Shown here piece after piece: positions 26,801-49,030 of a stretch of DNA of 64,000 nucleotides. This DNA comes from Amoebidium appalachense (taxonomy: Eukaryota; Protista; Ichthyosporea). The translations under genes and the position numbers were made by a program. The stretch lies in NCBI GenBank assembly GCA_963693365.1, contig CAVNZM010000018.1, positions 1,571,399 through 1,635,398 on the forward strand, written 5' to 3'. The notes beneath the pieces were generated by a model. That model did not search any database. It had not been told where the DNA came from and saw only the letters and a program-made list of their open reading frames with translations. Position 1 is the first letter of the stretch. The number at the start of each line of letters is the position of its first letter.

Positions 26801-28085
26801 ACACACACACGGCACATACACACCTACACAGCTTCAGACAGGCTCCTTTGCATAGAAAAAATCAGGACGAAACAACAAAAACAAAATATGAAAAGTGGAG
26901 GTGTTTGCTGTTGGGAATGCGTGGCTCAGTTTAACATCATAGAACACGTGCACGTAGGGGGACACATGTGTACACCGTAGAATGACATGATAGCATATCA
27001 ATTTCAGGAAACCGTGTAAATCGTGTAGTGTGGCAGTCCTCTTCTTGCGTGCACGGAGTCCAATATTGATAGTCTCAAGCAGTGTCTGGAGAATGAGTGG
27101 TGAAAAGAAGAGGTCGAGGACGTTACTAATGGTTGGCTCTCCAGAAAAGTGGGTTAGCAAACGTTTCTGGATCTCCGAGGTCTCCTTCCTGAACGTATCT
27201 AAAAGCCTGTTTTCAACATCGTCTGCTTTGAGTGTTAACTCTACTTGCTTGGCGTCATAAATACGCCATTTTCCTGTGAGTGTGGTATCACCGTTGTCAA
27301 CAGAATCTTCTGTATCACTTGTGCTTTCGTCAGCAAAGAAATCGTTAAAGATGTCTGAGTCTACTGCCCCGGCTTCAAACCCACCACTATCATCAAATAT
27401 TATTTCAAAGTCCCCTTTCATTCTTTGCGTCCATCACCAAAAACAAAAAAAAAGAAAACACGAAAACAAAAAGAAAGTAAAAACGACAGGGTGTATCCAC
27501 AGCAACGCTACGGGTTCAAGTTGGGTGTGAGAGGATAATCTACAAGCAGGGTCCTCAAAAGTAGCCACGGCCCGTGTTGTTTGTTTACAACAGCTAAAAA
27601 AGGCTATACGTCACACCATAAATGGGTCATGTTCGAACAGCAACCAATGGTATACTGCACTCGAGGGGTGTAAAAGCATTGCTCTCCTATTTCTTTGTTG
27701 AAACGCAGCGTTTTTCCCCCCACATCATAATGCAATACAGCACACTCATGATCAGATCAATCATTCAAGCCTTGCAGCAGTCACTGTGGCTCCTTGATTA
27801 ATGATCCTCGATATCCATATTCACCTACCGTCACGCTCTCGCTGTGCCGAAAAGTCCATATGCAACACACACCCAGCCGCTGGGCTTTCAAACCTATATA
27901 TGTTTGCTTCGCTCATGAAAAATTTCAGCCCCGTCCGACCATTTTTACGGGAAAAAACTCCGTTTTTTGAGGGGGAGTTGAGATTAATGTTGAAGATTAA
28001 TCACTCTAATTGACCGATTTTCCAGAATTCCCGGGATACAAGATTGATTATGTAATCTTGAAGATTAATCTAAAACATGGTCGGG
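24752..28085 (-). mobile_element. piggyBac-like deletion derivative, copy 2 (right end degenerate)
   Basis: Left end TTAT|CCCCCGTGTA. Internal blocks are homologous to copy 1 (24827-24940 vs 16668-16780; 27830-28040 vs 19375-19580). Palindrome TGATTAATCTTCAACGTTAATCA. Confidence 0.7.
26970..27421 (-). pseudogene. N-terminal remnant of piggyBac-like transposase
   Basis: SNVLDLFFSPLILQTLLETIN...TATLHDLHGFLKLICYHVIL resembles the start of the DDE_Tnp_1_7 (PGBD) domain. Confidence 0.65.
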
Positions 28086-29317
28086 CCTAGAAACTGAAGG
28101 GTTCGAATCGGAATGCAAAAAATGGAACAGGCTGGGTTGCATCAATTGAAGCCCCGGCTTCCTATTGCAATTGAAGTTGTATATCGAAATACGCTTGTAA
28201 GTTCTCCGCCCAGGCTCGTTGGCTCGCCAGAAGAAACCTGGTTAAACCCATCATAAATAAGTATATTACACACACAAACACCCATAATTACATGCATAAA
28301 TATATATATATGACTGTTTCGTCTGTGGAGCTTATGTGGTTACGTGTGCCAACCAGGGTTGATATAGACCGTGTAGGCTTTAGCTGTAAATAAGCAATAA
28401 CGAGCCTGTAATCATTTTACTGACACCAAATAATGAAAGTTTTCTTCTGACTGAGTTTATTCAACCAATGAAGGTGCAAGTCTAGCGCAGCCGCTGATGA
28501 TGCTTTGGAGGCACTAAAATTTTGACGAGTTTAACTTAGCCAAGAGCAAGTGCGCACAAAAACACCTGAACACATATTGAAAATCGTAAATGATTCGACG
28601 TGATGACGAACAGATTTTTCAACAAAAGATCTCATGTATTTCCACGTGACTACTATCCGATACTACCATAAACCAACCACAAATTCTGCTTCACATGAAA
28701 AATTCTAATCAGAATCAACTGTTTCGTTCATGCTCACTTCTAATTCACCACTACCCCCCCCCCCCCCCCCCCCCCCCAAAAAAAAAGATCGAAGCAAAGG
28801 CAAAAAAAAAAACAAGTCTTGTGGAGTGGACTGCAAAAACCGACACCATAAAATGAAAACACAGATCCAATAATTCTCAGATAATTTCCTTACCGGAAAG
28901 GACAGCCAAATATACTTTTTTTTTTTTTTCCCGGGGAGGAGGAGGAGGGGAGGGGGGGGGGGGGGGGAGGGAGGGAGGGAGGGAGGGAGGGAGGGGGAGA
29001 GAGAGAGAGTAATAGGACAGAACCAAAGGGAAAGAAGGGGTGGGTGGGATGGGAAGGGGCTGCACACGATAAAACATGACGACTAAACGAACATCCGGCG
29101 ACAATTCAACTTAAAACATCACAGCAAGCTCCCGCAGCCAATCGGATTGCTTCTTTACATCATACCATTGACTCAAAAATCTCTCTGTGCATCAGTTTTT
29201 CTGCTCGCTATGGTTCTTTGCATGTGTGTATGAGTGTGCCTTTTTTTTTTTTTTTTTTTTTTTGGGGGGGGGGGGGGGGGGGGAGGGGGGAGGGGGGGGA
29301 GGGGGGAGAGGGTGTCG

Positions 29318-36998
<7,681 letters not shown>

Positions 36999-37741
36999 GG
37001 TTTATGTGTGTTTGAGTAAAACACCTGTTGCTATTTGTAAGTATTTGTAGAAGCCTTGCTGATTATAATTATCAGAACAATTAAGGATGCTTGATATTTC
37101 TATGGTGCAAACTGTTCCGCCCGCTGCATAAAGCCCATGTCACAACTGCCAGCGAGACGCACGTGTTGGCAGCCATTAATTGCTCATGCCAAAGCGAATA
37201 TGTGTCTACGCAAACATGCAAAAAGCATATGCCACCCAACTTTAAAAAGATTGAGGGTTTGACCACAAATCCTATCTGTGAATGTTCAAATCACCTATTC
37301 TTGTATTAATTCGCTACACTGTTGCTTGATACACTCGCTGTACTGTACGGTCGAACACACAGATCATACAGATAGAGCGTCGAGCTCAGCGCTTGTGAAG
37401 TGTTCGACATGACTGATTCAAATGTGCCGCGCAAGATCGACCAATCCAAATGGCTTACGGTTCATGTAATTTACGCAAAACAAGTAACGGGCGTAAGGAC
37501 ATTGTACAAGCTGCGTTCAGCTACACGGATATGATGGCCTAACTCATGGCAGGTCATCACTACTACGCGTACCGCGGCGGCAACCACGAGCTGCGTAACA
37601 CGGAGTAGCACAGCCTTGATGCAGTCCGGGAAGTCTCCTTCGGGCCCCCAAAGGCTCGCGCCCGGGAGCGGGGAGGGCCCGGGGGGGAGGGCAGCTCGGA
37701 GCTCGAACTCGAGCTGTCTAGAGCTAGCTAGCTAGAGCTAG

Positions 37742-38080
<339 letters not shown>

Positions 38081-41000
38081 AGCTCCCCCCCCCCCCACAA
38101 TGCATCCCGTCAAAGGCTCTCTCCCCCTCCCCTCCTCCTCAGTCGTGGCCTGTCCCATGATTTGAATTGACTGATTTGCCAAGTTGCTTATTTGCAACGG
38201 CCCCAGAATTCGAAGTGCCGTTTGTGCGGACATGAGTGATAATTCGCATGGACTAATTAGGACACTTGAGTCCTTTTTAGCTAAAAATCGGATATCAAGC
38301 TATATCTGGCATATGACTATAGCAACTAAAGTGGGACGAAGGCAGAAACGTGAAATTGAAGTCATGCCCGTTACAGCGATATATGGTTTATTGGGCCCCG
38401 ATGACATCTTCGGGGTGCATTGTGCCGGCAAAGTTTGCCCTTTTTGCGGAAACACGTGTTTTTTTGTGCAAATTCTGATATAAAGTAAACTGGAAGCGAT
38501 TGTGTGTTTCTCAGGCGAAAAAGCGACACTACACGTGAACATATACCACATGAGCTTTCAAATGCCACCATCCCGACCTCAACATCTCGATTCTGAAGCA
38601 ACTTAGCTAGGGGCTGCTTCGAGCCCTTTTTAGCGAGGATTCTCATGATGGCCGTGTCCCAACTATATCCCAACTATAGCTTCCCGGAGCAGATGAGCAA
38701 GATGATGGACGTCAAACGTTTTCTTTCTACCAGTGGCCGGTGCGCATGCTTTCCGACGGGCCCAGGCACACTTGGCCATGTATGCACAGTGGATACAGAA
38801 TTTACATAATAAGGCGTATAGAAACCTCACCAAAACCTTCAGTTTTTACTTTTTTTCTTTCTTGGAAACAGTCGTAGTGTGAGTAGAGAGTCTACACGCT
38901 CTCGAGCTCACCGTCTCCGGCCAGATCTCCGGCGTACACCGGGCGGCGCATCATGGCGATTTTGAATGGGATAAGTATACCACCAAAAACATTTACAGGA
39001 TATGTATACGAGAGATACCGCACGGCGAGAACGGTTTCAGCTCTGCTAGCCTGCTGCCTTAGAAGTTTGGAGAAATGTTTTGTTTTTTTTTACACGCAAT
39101 CACTTATGGTACAAACTCTTCGCTAAACGACAACAACAAATAGTTATTAGCAGCCTTACTACGGTAACATGAGTGGCATATGATCGGGTTGTATGAGATC
39201 AGCGCAGTATACCCGAACTGAGCACTGGTAAACTGGGGGCGGCAAGAACACCGGTGTTTTGTCACACATTTCATGAACAGTGAAACAACGGCTCTATTAT
39301 ACCATGGAAAATCAGCAGCATTGATTGTAGTCGCATATCTCAGTATTTTACCATTTCCAAGTACCACTACAGTGACTGACACTACATTTTTTTTTTCCTG
39401 CGGAGTCTGACTGAGCGATGTCGCAACGGCATTCGATTGGCTGCTCAAACGCCCAGTTCCAAGTCCCCCAAAATTTATTGATGATGTGGCAAGTTCGTCA
39501 AGGCTATTTTCTTTTTCATATGACTCGATTCATCCGAAGGTTTAGGAGTGTGCTTAATACTTAAAATGCAAAAGAAAGGAGAGACTTTGCGACTTAACCA
39601 CTGGTTTTTTATCCCAAAATTTTCCGAAAATCAGTTACATTATCAGCACCAGTCACCACTGTCAGGATTAAAATTGGTGCATCATTATTGAACCCTAATT
39701 AGGCAACCATGGTCAGAAAATTTTTATAATAATATTGGTACTGAGAATACTACCAACACTTGATTGTCAGGCACTTTTTTTTTTCTTTTTCTCATGTACA
39801 TTTACAAGTTGTAAAGTACATGTTATGTATATGGCTCCAATCATCAACTTCAGCTGAAAAATGAATGCGGAAAAAAAAACTTTGGTGCGTGTTAATTTAG
39901 TAAATCATCTCAGTGATGTTTTGGGAGAAGAGCCACTCCCATGAAACTGACCAATAGGGACGCACCCGCAAAAATCCTGGAAAAGGCAAAACAAAAAGAG
40001 TTCAAAAGGCATGCCGCCCCGCCCTTCCACACCCACAAACTTTTTTCTGCGCCAAATTTGCAAAGGTTTCACCCGTTTGCGTGGGTGGCATTGTATAAAA
40101 ACGAGAAACACTGCTTTGTTTTCCACACATCCAGCTCTTGTTTTTCTGTGTTTGTTTCTCTCTCTCTTTCTATGCCCTTTCAGGCTCTTCGCCCCGTTTT
40201 TCCTTGCCCCATTGTCGACTACGACAGGTTTCGACGTCGTTGGAGGGAAAGGAAAGAGAGAGCCACCTTCTCTCGTGACAAGCGTGCGTTTGCCTGATAC
40301 TGCTGCAGTTATTGAAAGGTAGGAACGTTAAAGTTTTTGCGCGTTTGTGTATGAATTTGTGTTTCATAAAGAAGAGTACCTTTAAAGACAACATTTTTCT
40401 GTCCAACGTTTTTCTTGCCTTGGTTCCGTGCGAATTCGAAGTCGTCACTTGTGGTGTATTTTTCATGTTGTTTGGCCCCAATTCCCCACGCTTCCTTCCC
40501 AGTTTCAGACGTTGATTTGTTTACACTCAAAACACCCCGCTGCTCGGTTGTTTCCTCACTTACTCCACAAGTTTGCCAGTATTTGCACGGCATGTGTGTG
40601 GGGAATTCGAAAGACCAAGAATTGAGTGCTTCCTTGCCACAATGGCTGCTTGCTGTCATACCCTTCGGGCATATTATTTTTTCATCTAGCAACGCTTCTG
40701 GAAATTCTAACGGAAATTCAGCACAGCCAACTCATGGAATAATGAATACACCATCACACCGTTATTTCTGTCTAGTTGAATTCTTTTCTCTTGTTGCTGG
40801 TACATATCTGCTTTTCTGGAAGGCAGCTGGCATATCCCGTTATACGAGCCCCAAATTGACTAAAAAGACGGCAGAAAGTTCGACTTTTTCCGATTTCTCG
40901 CGCTGTGATGTCGGTTTTTTTTTGCTGTCTGAGCTTTTGATTACAGCAGAAGCCACAAATTTTGCTACTTAACATTCGGAGCAAATTTTGAGAGACTTGT

Positions 41001-41367
41001 ACAAATCATAAATGTATCCCATCATCTTAGAAGGTTGCCTGAAAGAAGAAGAAATTCGTTATATACGTTGGCCCTACTGTATTACTCAAACTTGACCACT
41101 CACTCCCTCTCTACCTTTCCCACAACCCCTGCACATCACAGTTTCCTTTTTCTGACAAGTAAAAAAACGTCGAAGCTTCACCACGAACCACGAGAATCCG
41201 CTAAGCTATCTTCATATTCATCACTAACCATCTTCCTCCCACCAACCCACCTTTACATTGCCCCCAATCCCAACACATCATCCATACACATCCATAGGTT
41301 TCTCTTCTTGCACCAAGCAACAAAACCAGCAGGAAAAAAACCAAGAAACCCCCTCCAGTTCCAGAAA

Positions 41368-42033
41368 ATGTCTTCAAGCGTAGCAGCCAAGCAGGTGGCA
41401 ACCAAAGCCTTCGACTACATCATCGTGGGGGGGGGCTCAGCCGGCTGTGTCCTTGCAAACCGCCTCTCCTCTCTCCCCAACACAACCGTCGCTCTGATTG
41501 AAAGCGGCCCCACGGACGCCAGCCCCTTGGTGAAACTCCCACTTGGCGTTGCTGTTTTGGTTCCGTTTTCGCGCAAGTACAACTGGCAGTTTAGCTCCGT
41601 TCCTCAGAAGCACCTGAATGGGAGGAGCATTTTCCAGCCGAGGGGAAAGGGTATGGGCGGATCCTCTAGTATCAACGCCATGGTGTACATCAGGTGTGTG
41701 TGTGTGTGTTTGTGTTTGTGTGTGTGCCCCCCCCAAACCCACACGTCCTTCTTGCCCCTTTCCTACCTTCTCTCCCCCCTCACCCTTCTCTCCCCTCCTG
41801 CCCATACCCCCCCCCCCCCCCCCCCCCCCCCCTCCCTGCCTCCTCCCCCTCCCCCTGCTTTTCCCTTGCCCTTTTTCCTCCCTCCCTCCCCCTCGCCCCT
41901 CCCTACCTCGCTCTTCCCTCTTCTTCCCCCCACCTCCCAACCCCCTCCACCTCTACCTCCCTCTTCCAGTTTCCCATTCCCTTCAGAGACCTAGTGGGAT
42001 ACGACACATGCGAATCTCTAGCAAAACCTGCCG

Positions 42034-42080
<47 letters not shown>

Positions 42081-44304
42081 ACACACACCCGCCCGCCCTT
42101 TCCACCTCCCTGTTCCACCTTCCACATACCCTTCAGAGACCATCCAGTTGACTACGACACATGTGAATCTCTAACAAAATTTAACTGTCACCCATTCCCC
42201 TCCCGCCCTTCCCCCCCCCCTCCCCTCTCCCCTTTCCACCTTCCACCTTCCACACTCCCATCAGAGGCCACCCTGTTGACTACGACACCTGGGAATCCCT
42301 CGGAAACAAAGGCTGGAGCTACAAGGACATTCTTCCCTGCTTCAAACTTCTGGAAAACAACAGCCGCGGCGCCAACGCCTACCACGGTGACAAGGGTGAA
42401 CTCTCTGTGACTGACCTGCACATGGTTACGGAGAAGGTGAAAGCTTTTCTGGAAGCTGGAAAGGAACTGGTAATGAATCTCTCTCTCTTCTCCCCACCCC
42501 CCTCCCCTCCTTTCCCCCAAAGTGAAAACCTTGTGAAAGCCCTACCCCCTTCTCCCCTCCCCCTTCCCCCCCTCCCAACCCAACCCAATCCAACCCACCG
42601 CCCTTCCTCCTGACAGTAGGGTCTGTTTAGGGGTCTTCTGAAACTCTAGTAGGCCCCCCCTCCCCCCCCCCCCCCACCCCTCCTCCCCACCACCACCACC
42701 ACCACCACCACCACTACCAACAAGCCAGCCCCCCTCCGCCCCATCCCCCCCTACCACTACCGCCGCCACCAAACACCCCCTCCTCCTCCCCACCCCACAC
42801 CTTCCACCCTCCCCAAAACCACCCCAATCAAACCCCACCCCCCCTACCACCACCACCTCGACCCAACCTTCGGCCAATCACTGACATGACCTTTTTGACC
42901 TGGACACAGACAACACACCTCATTCCACCTGCAAACATTCCTGTGACTTTGCTCTGATCTGCCTGTGCTCTTGTGCTCCATCGGCATGCCTGCGCGTGTA
43001 TGAAGCTCTTGCTAACATTTAACGCTCCATGTCCCCCCCCCCCCCCCCCCCCCCCCCGTCCCCCCCGGTCCGTCCCTACTGATACCTCACACTCCATGCC
43101 CCCTCCCCCTCCCCCTCCCCCCCCTCCCCCCCCCCCCCCCCCCCTCTCCCTCCCCCCATGAACACACACACGCACGCACACACACACACACACATCTCCC
43201 CCTGCACACACACACAAACTTGCCTAGCTGCATTAACCCCCCCTCCCACCCTCTCCCCCCACTCGCCCTACCCCTCGCCCTATCCCCCCCCCCCCGATCC
43301 ATTTTCTCATTTTCTTCCTTCCTTCTTTTTTCTTTCTTTCGTTCTATTCTTTGTATGCCTACACACACAGGGCATTCCCTACAACGAAGACTTCAACGGA
43401 GCCGACCAGGAGGGCATAGGCCACTACCAGAGCACACGCCACAACGGGAGGAGGTGTAATTCCGCCGCGGCGTTTCTCGATCCGATCAGATCGCGCCCTA
43501 ATCTAACCGTGATCACCAACATGCACACGACACGTCTGCTGATGGATGGGAAGAAGGCCGTGGGGATTGAGGTTGCAAAGTGGTATGATCGGTATGTTCT
43601 TTAACCCCTATCCCTCCCTGCCCCTCCCCCCCCCCTCCCCCCCCCCCCCCATCCCCTATTCTCCCCCCCCCCCCCCCCCCCCCCCCCCGCCCCACCCACC
43701 CACCCTCCCCACGCCCTTCTTGGCTGAATCTGCATGATTTTGTCCGTCTTAAGTGTGTACTTCGCACTCTGTAATGCAACTTGAGACTCAGCCACCCCAC
43801 TCCCCCCCCCCCCCTCCCCCCCCCCCAAAAAAAAAAAAAAAAGTAAAGTAAAATAAGAAATAAAGCACACCACTGAAACCTCGCCATTTCCGCAGGAACG
43901 CAACCACCCGCCTTGTTGCCGGAAACGGTGTGATTCTGGCCGCGGGTGCCTTTGGATCCCCCCAGATCCTCCAACTTTCCGGCATAGGACCCCGCAAGCA
44001 CCTCGAGTCGCTCGGAATTCCCGTAGTTGCGGACCTTCCCGGTGTGGGTGCGAATTTGCAGGACCATTTGGACACCCCCGTCAACATGATGACAAAGGTC
44101 AACGAGTATCCATATGGAGCCCATCCGGCGAATCTGATTCGTCAGACGAATGAGCTTGTGAAGTATGTGTGAAACTTCCCCCTCCCCCCTTCCCCCCGCC
44201 CCGCGCTGCCACCGTCGGTTCGTCATAGATGTGTGAGCTCTGGTATTGGCTGTATTCTCTCATCTCTCTCTCTCTCTCTCTCCTTGTTCTACTTACCGTG
44301 CTCC

Positions 44305-44337
<33 letters not shown>

Positions 44338-45070
44338 AAAAAAAAAAAAAACCTCCCCCTCCGTGATATTCTCCTTTCCGTGTTCCGCATTCTAACCGCC
44401 TCCCCCCTCCCCCCTCCCCCTCCCCGTTCCCCCTCCCTCCTTCCTTTCCCCCTCCCTCCCCTTCTCCCCCCCCCCCCCCCCCCCCCTCCCCCTCCCCCCC
44501 CCCCCTTTCTCCCTCCAGGTATCTCCAAGGCGAAGACAACAGCATGTTCAACAGCAATCTAGCCGAAGCCGGAGCGTTCTGGAAATCCTCCAAAACCCTC
44601 CCAGCCCCGGACCACCAGATCCACACGGGCCCCCACCTTTTCGCGGACCACGGTAGAAAATTGTTGCTCGGATACGGGATGACAATTCACGACTGCGTGC
44701 TTAGACCCCGCTCTAGGGGGACAGTCATGGTTGCGAGCAAGGACCCGTTTGCGGCGCCTCTGATCGACCCCAACTACCTGGCTCACCCTCAGGTGAATAC
44801 CCAACAACCCCCCCCCCCCCCCCTGCTTCTTCTCGCTCCTCCCTGCGTTCTCCCCCCCCCCCCCCCCCCCCCCCCCCCCCTTCACACCCATACACACACA
44901 GACACAGACACACACACGAAAGAGGGGGGGAAAAAAGTAGAAAAGAAAAGACAGAGAAACAAACCAAAAAAAGAAATGGAATAGACAAAGAAACATCCTC
45001 AAGTGTCCTTCAACCCTCGTGGATTGGATTCGCCTCCCTCCCCCCAACCAACCAACAGCACCACCATCGC

Positions 45071-45148
<78 letters not shown>

Positions 45149-46094
45149 ACCACCACCACCACCATGGTCCTCAGTGAAATGATCCCTTGTGCATGCACAC
45201 GCACACACTTACACACATACTCACACACACACACACTTACACACACACATACACGTACACACACACATACTCACACACGCACACACTTACACACACACAT
45301 ACACGTACACACACACATACTCACACACACATACACGTACACACACACATACTCACACACGCACACACTTACACACACACATACACGTACACACACACAT
45401 ACTCACACACGCACACACTTACACACATACACACACATACACGTACACACACACATACACACGCACACACTTACACACACACATACACGTACACACACAC
45501 ATACACACACACATACTCAGACACGTACACACACACATACTCACACACGCACACACACACATACACGTACACACACACATACTCACACACGTACACACAC
45601 ATACTCACACACGTACACACACACGTACACACACGTACATACACAGGACATGGAAGACCAGATGACCGGAGTCAGGATGCTCGGTCGTTTCGTCCAATCC
45701 AACGCCTTCAAACACTACAACTGGTACAACTGCACACTGCCCAACGACGGCAAAGACATGACAGACACACAGATCAAGGAATACGTTAGAGCAAAGTCGA
45801 GCACCGTGTACCACCCTGTGGGCACGTGCAAGATGGGGCCTGCTAGTGATGTGAATGCGGTTGTGGATCCGGATACACTCAAGGTACGTGTGTGTGTGCA
45901 TGACAGACACATTCCCCCCCCACCTCCCCCCCCCCCCCCCCCTCTCTCTCTCTCCCTCCCTCTCTTTATCTCCATTCTTCCCTCCCCCCCTCCTCCTCCC
46001 CTCTCCCCCCTGCCCCCCCCCCCCCCCCGGCTCTCTCGCTCTCTCTCTCTCTCTCTCTCTTGGCCTCTCTTTATCTCCCTCCCCCCTCCCTCCC

Positions 46095-46137
<43 letters not shown>

Positions 46138-46797
46138 CCCCTCCCCCCCCCCCCCCCCCCCCCCTCCCCCCGCCCCCTCTCGGTGGGTGGGTGTGAGTGT
46201 TGGGGTCCGATGTGTGATGATGAAGTATCAGTAGGATTATGCCTCTCGGGGGGGGAGGGGGGGTATTTGTTTTGGCCTTGGCCTACCAAGTATCTGGATA
46301 AGCAGGTGGAATGTTCGTGTCGTAGGATCCAATCCTCCTCCCCCCCCCCCCCCCCCCTAACACACACACACACACACACACACTGAACCATCCACCAACG
46401 GGGGTTAGAAGGGGGGAAGGGGGAAGAGGGGGGAGGGGAGGGGGAAGATGGAATGGAAGGCCGATCCTTTTTCCCTTTATGTGAAAACCATCCAAAAAGC
46501 CAAATCAACACAGGGGGGGTGAAGCATATTTCTTCGCAGTTTGGTAGGAGGGGCGACCAATAGACGTAGGGCATGTACGGTTATATCATCGCTAGACTGA
46601 CCAAGCCAACCAATCACGCGCAGGTTTACGGTGTGGACAACCTGCACGTGGTCGACGCGTCGGTGATGCCGACCCTGATTGGTGGAAACACGAACAAGCC
46701 CACTATGGTGATTGCACAGAAGGCCGCGGAAGCAATCATGCGCCAGCACGTGACACTCGACGTGGGAAATGAACGCACTGCAGAGGCTGCTATGTAA
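41368..46797 (+). CDS. GMC-family FAD oxidoreductase (choline/alcohol dehydrogenase-like); exons 41368-41693, 42265-42469, 43371-43591, 43896-44162, 44519-44792, 45647-45883, 46624-46797
   Basis: [98 protein letters not shown]. All six introns are GT-AG and the phases are compatible. Confidence 0.96.
45195..45640. repeat. CA-rich higher-order minisatellite (~50-bp unit) in GMC intron 5
   Basis: Repeated acacacttacacacacacatacacgtacacacacacatactcacacacgc. Confidence 0.8.
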
Positions 46798-47739
46798 ATT
46801 CAGATGAATCCCCCCCACTACTATTCATGTCAATGTAGATTCCCTTTAAAACTGCTATATGTGGAAATGCAAACATCCTACTTCCATGTTATTTAGAAAC
46901 AAAAGGGGGCATCTTCCCCCTCCCCTCCCCCCCCCCCCCCCCCCCCCCCGATAACATGTGCGGCAATGTAAATGTTCCCCGACTACCTTTTGTGGCAATG
47001 TAAATCCCCCACCACTGCCGTGTATGCTTTTGGTTTATATTATGACCGAAACGGTTAAACCGATTGGCGATAATCGGATCGCATAATAGCTATAGCCACC
47101 ATTCTGGTTTCTACAATCGAATTTGTATGCGATTGGAAAATTTGTGGTTGGTGTCAGCTGGACTTCGATTCTGGTTGTCGTAACATCAGCCAGTTCATAT
47201 TGGCCTCGAGTTTAATATTCCTGTTGTTTCCTTTCTTGTCTCTTGTTGATGAATCTATACACCTGGCCCAAATTTGCTTATGTATTGCTGTTTTGCTTTC
47301 GTTGCTTTTCAAAGAAATTGTGCAGTTTTCTTGCAAATACCCGGATTTTTAGGTGTATAGCTACACGTGCATCTCTTTCATAGCAGTTATCTAGAAATAT
47401 CCAGTAAAAACCCCTACCGTGGTTTTAGACCCGAGAAACCTCGACGGGAGGGTTTCGTAGTAGCCCATCTTTGTTTGTTGCATTCGACCATCTTCTTATT
47501 TTAATAGGTAAATTTCAATAAACGGCAAATTGTCAAAGAAACGAGCCTTCCTTTCTATGAGCAATCGCTGTCTGCTATGCATAGTTATATATTCCTACTG
47601 TTTTAGTTGTTTTATTTTATAAGAACCTTTTTTTCTATGCTGCTGTGCATCAATTTTGGGGGATCAGGTTACATTTTTTTCCTCCCTCCAATGGCCTTTG
47701 TATTGTGGGCCAATACTTCAGGTGGGTGCGTTTCAAAAT

Positions 47740-48870
47740 GGGTGTGGGTGTGTGTGCCGGGCATGAGTAAGGGCACCAGTATCGGTGTGTGAGTCCGCGC
47801 GTGTGCGTGTGTGTGTGTGTGTGTACGTGTGCGTGTGTATGTGTGTGTGTTCGTGTACGTGTCTGTGTGTGTACATGTACGTGCGTGTGTGTGTGTACGT
47901 GTACGTGTCTGTGCGTGTGTGTGTACGTGTACGTGTTTGTGTGTGTGTGTGCACATGTGATCGTGGGTGCACGTGTGTGCGCACGCGCCGGCCATGGATC
48001 TTCCCCCCCCCCCCCCCCCCCCAAAAAAAAAAAAAAAAAAAATGAAATGAAATGAAATGGGAAAAAAAAAAAGAAATGAAAAAAAAAGATAACTTCGGTG
48101 CACATACATACGAACACAAAGACACAGACACACACATCCGGATCCACGCACACTGTAATACACGGGCAAATGATTTGAAGTTCTGTGTGTACATGCGTGC
48201 TGTGAGCTTGAGAGAGGCTGTGTGGTCATACACCAGGGTCCTCATACAGTCAATTTCTACTAGCTGACACTTAGTCTCCCCACTGCTTGTGACTACGGCA
48301 TACAACAGCCCAACGCAGCCTCTCTCAAGCTCACAACACACGTGCACACACAGAATGTACTACTGTACTTCAAATCCTAGGTCCATACTCCGGAAGCCCC
48401 TAGGTATAGGGAGATCAACCCACAACCGACTAAAATATACAGTATTTGATAACAATCTACCAAAATGAAAACATAAACCCAACAGCCATAACCATATGTG
48501 AGTCTGGGCCCTAAATGGGGGGGCTGCTGCCCCCCCCCACCCCCCACTAGAGGGGCCTGACGGTCCCTTTATGTCGCTTGGGGATCGAGTCGTTCTCCCC
48601 TGATTTTACGTCATCGGAAAGTGTGATGTCCAATCAGACTCGAGGGGACTTCCGGCGTATGGACTAATGTGATCCTCTGCCTGTGTATTGCAGTATGAGT
48701 GGATCCGGATGTGTATGTATGTGTTTTTGAGTTCGAAAGTGTCTGCTTGGTCAATACGGGATGTCTATGTGTTTTCAACTATCGGGAGTACCGATGTGAC
48801 GTCAACATTAATCTCAAGCTTTTCTTTTTATTCCTTTTTTTCTTTTTTTTTTTTTTTTTGGAAGGGGGGT

Positions 48871-48902
<32 letters not shown>

Positions 48903-49030
48903 CGGGATCGCACTATGTAGAGGATCCTCGCGCGCGCCGCACACACACATGCACGGACAGGCACACTCACAGACGTGCACGTACATGCACAGGTCCGCTC
49001 ACTCATACCAGGCACACACCAACACCCAAT
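47740..49030. mobile_element. Degenerate long inverted-repeat (foldback) element containing a smaller inverted-repeat MITE (48181-48355)
   Basis: Inverted pairs at 47740-47778/48992-49030 and 48132-48168/48679-48715. Inner ~40-bp arms ttctgtgtgt...gagagaggctg and their reverse complement. Confidence 0.55.

Noticed and set aside
38200-39100. Possible non-autonomous DNA transposon
   Set aside because: Repeat-like wording, but no TIR pair or TSD found.
39900-41000. Possible decayed transposase on the minus strand
   Set aside because: Multiple stops and no motif I can identify with confidence.
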